A stretch of 62,858 nucleotides of DNA, the filler included, from Rhabdomonas costata (taxonomy: Eukaryota), in the NCBI GenBank assembly GCA_019059605.1. It is 26 parts of 26 records of this genome, joined end to end, with 100 filler letters (N's around TTAATTAATTAA, not from the genome) between each part and the next. Parts side by side here need not be neighbours in the genome. Positions count along the whole stretch, not along the records: positions 60,540 to 62,858 come from JAHMHO010004070.1; 25 more parts are not named here. One strand, written 5' to 3'. Under the pieces are notes generated by a model. That model was given only the letters and a program-made list of their open reading frames with translations. It was not told the origin of the DNA and made no database searches. Position 1 is the stretch's first letter. Each line of letters begins with the position of its first letter. A program made the position numbers and the translations under genes. Shown piece by piece: positions 60,549-62,858 of the stretch.

Positions 60549-62845
60549 GTCTAGGGCCCACGTCAGCAGGCACACCGCAGGCATCACCAAGTCCAGCGAG
60601 GCAGCCGTCTTTCGCCCTGTCGGCCGTAGCGTGCTGTTAATGACTCGATAGGGTGCTTGTCGAGTGGAATCTTCCTCCCCGGAGGTCCACCACCGGCACG
60701 TCGCTACCGCAAGCACGTCACTCGGGTACCGCTCCTGGGCCCACGTCAGGCACTGCTGAGCGAACAGTAGGGCATTCACACTGCCCGCACTGATCAGACC
60801 GTTCGCGGCAATCAGAAGCGCATCGGGCTCATTCAGAATGCCCATGTGCTTCTCCAGCATCACTCGGTAGGACTGCTCCCAGGCTTCGTCTCGAGATACC
60901 ATGGCGCCGAACGCCATCTCTATGGGATCTAAAAAGAGAAAGGGGAAACACATGCGAATTGCAACACGAAAAGACAAAGAACGAAACAGGAACTAGCAGA
61001 ATGAAGGCTCACCCGTGGTGGGAAACACCAGGCGCCGCCTTTTCTTCCACTTGAGGTAGACAACGAGGAGCACAATTGCAAGGATCCCCACGATCCCACA
61101 GAAGGAGGAGACAACGATTGTCACCACCAGCAGACCTGTCCAAAACAGCATCACCAAAGGATGGAAAAACGCAAGGCGATGCAAGGCTGAAGGCATGAGA
61201 AAGCACTAATGAAATAGTTACCAGGCTATTGTATTGTAAAAAAATGGTTGTAGGGCTTTAGAAAATAATCGGTTTTTAGGTGGGTTACTGTTTCTTCTAT
61301 TGTGTCTTATTCGTTACCCTTTGTGCCGTGTGTGCCGACTCTATCCGACGATTTTGCAATAGAGACGAAAAAGCTGGCGGACACGCAAGATAATCCGAGA
61401 ATCTTCCTCAATTATCCTGACTTCGAATAACTTCAGGGGCAACTTGAACGGACATTCAACCAAAAAAACAGAACCAGCTTTTTCGCCTCGGAAGCAAGGG
61501 AGTTCATTCAAAAAAATCAATGCGCATTTAGCACCTTGTGATGGCGCACAGATAAACGGGTTGCAGGAGAACCGCAGCGTGGTTCCGTTTGCATAGCGGC
61601 AAGCGTAGGCCGTGGTGGTATCGGTAATGATAAACGTGGCAATGTAGAAGCCCGTGCCGCAGGTCGCGGAGCATGTCCCATTGTGAAACGAGCCTTCGCA
61701 AACGGCTGTTACCCGACCCAGCATCAAGCCGAATAACGGACGAAAAAAGAACAGATCACTTCACGGCATGAAAAGACAGAATATATATATGGCTCAAGTC
61801 CATAATCGTACCCCAGGCATAAGGGCTGTCCTCCTTGCAGTCTAGCCGCCGTGCAGCGGCTGCTCGTTCTGCGAGGTGAGATGAGCTTTTGGGAGTTAGA
61901 TGGAGTTAGGGGCTTAGAGCGCGATGCTCGTGATTCCCTTGTCTTCCGGGTGTTTTTTGTTTTCTCAACAATGCCTCGACAATGGACTGTTGCTGATATT
62001 ATCAGTCTTGGTCAGGACTTATCTTCTCTGGTGGCTTTCCTGGCTTCCTTTGGGATAGTGGAGGTTCACGTTCATTGTGATTGCGGAGGTGTTTTGAAGG
62101 TTGCTGATCATTGAGATTTCAGTCCGATGCTGGAGTTGTTCAAGATTCCTCTTGCAACATGGCTTCTGCTCGTGTACTGTGGGGTACGATAATGGACTTG
62201 TGGTATATATAAAAACTTGGCTTAAGTGCATTCACCGCCCCCCCCCAACCCGCTGAAACCCGCACATGGAGAACCATGCATCGCCACCCAACACCAAATC
62301 CCCTGCAAATCCTATATCAGAATCCCAGGGGACCGTGCATAATGCGATGGTCCGTTGTGACAGGCTATCCACCTAAAAAGCGCCTGTAACGATGGAGCTG
62401 GACCTCACAGTACGCCGCAACGAGCAAAGTGGACCACAGTGGCACCAGAAACCTGAACGGAGCGAATCCAAGAAAGAGACATGCCAGTGCAAGGTGTCTT
62501 CACCCATGATGGGAGCATCAAAGGGCAATCCCAATGGTTGCCACCCAGCTCCAGGCTGAGGTTGTTCCTCGCAAACACACCCGCAGTGTCATTCCCCACC
62601 ACAAGCCCACTCAGCTGGTTCCCTGCCAGGTTCATCGTCGTCAGGTTCTGCGGAAGCCCAGACAGCACCACAGTGCCGTTGAAGAGGTTCTTTCCGAGGT
62701 TCACCGCCACCGCCGCGAGGGGCAGCGCGGTGAGGTTGGGGGTCCCCGTGAAGGTGTTGTCCGTCAGCGACAGATTCCGCAGGCCCGCTGGGGCCTGGCT
62801 GAGGTCCACGGTGCCCGTGAAGCGGCAGCCCTGCAGAGTCAGCTC
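60549..62845 (-). CDS. Type I membrane receptor: LRRs, TSP1-like module, TM helix, probable cytosolic mono-ADP-ribosyltransferase domain (both ends truncated)
   Basis: Exons 62845-62485 (LRRs plus NHWDC cap), 61705-61535 (CSATCGTG...CNPFIC), 61135-61013 (TM plus KWKKRRR), 60928-end (ATCRWWTS...PYRVINSTLR...MPAVCLLTWALD). All three introns are phase 1. Confidence 0.8.
61971..62200 (+). mobile_element. Possible Merlin/IS1595-like transposase N-terminal remnant inside an intron
   Basis: MPRQW...LVAFLASFGIV...HCDCGGVLKV then a stop. Resembles the zinc ribbon that precedes ISXO2-type DDE domains. Confidence 0.3.
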
Positions 62846-62858
62846 CTAACCACCCACC

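Overview
This is not a continuous locus. It is 26 unrelated ~2.3-kb contigs joined by 25 artificial 100-nt spacers (44 N + TTAATTAATTAA + 44 N), so adjacency across spacers means nothing. Most contigs begin with a G/T-only tail and end with a C/A-only tail, and several end in fold-back hairpins; both suggest whole-genome amplification. The DNA is from an intron-rich eukaryote, most likely a euglenid or other euglenozoan (articulin-type VPV-repeat protein, many receptor adenylyl-cyclase-like fragments, polypyrimidine-AG sites just before start codons). Splicing exons by hand gives fragments of: a response-regulator receiver, a class III cyclase, Cache-type and PstS-like receptor ectodomains, lumazine synthase with an N-terminal membrane anchor, ORC6, articulin, an EFCAB11-like protein, an MFS sugar porter, TFIIIC tau95, a SET protein, SFT2, a Cys-loop ligand-gated channel, a K+ channel, a four-domain Cav/Nav, MscS, and degenerate transposons. 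The best candidate for an undescribed system is a single-pass receptor at 60549-62845 (-) with LRR and TSP1 modules outside and a probable mono-ADP-ribosyltransferase domain inside. Next are the true Cys-loop receptor, candidate GT-CG and GC-AG introns, and the anchored lumazine synthase. All protein calls are motif recognition by eye; no searches were run.
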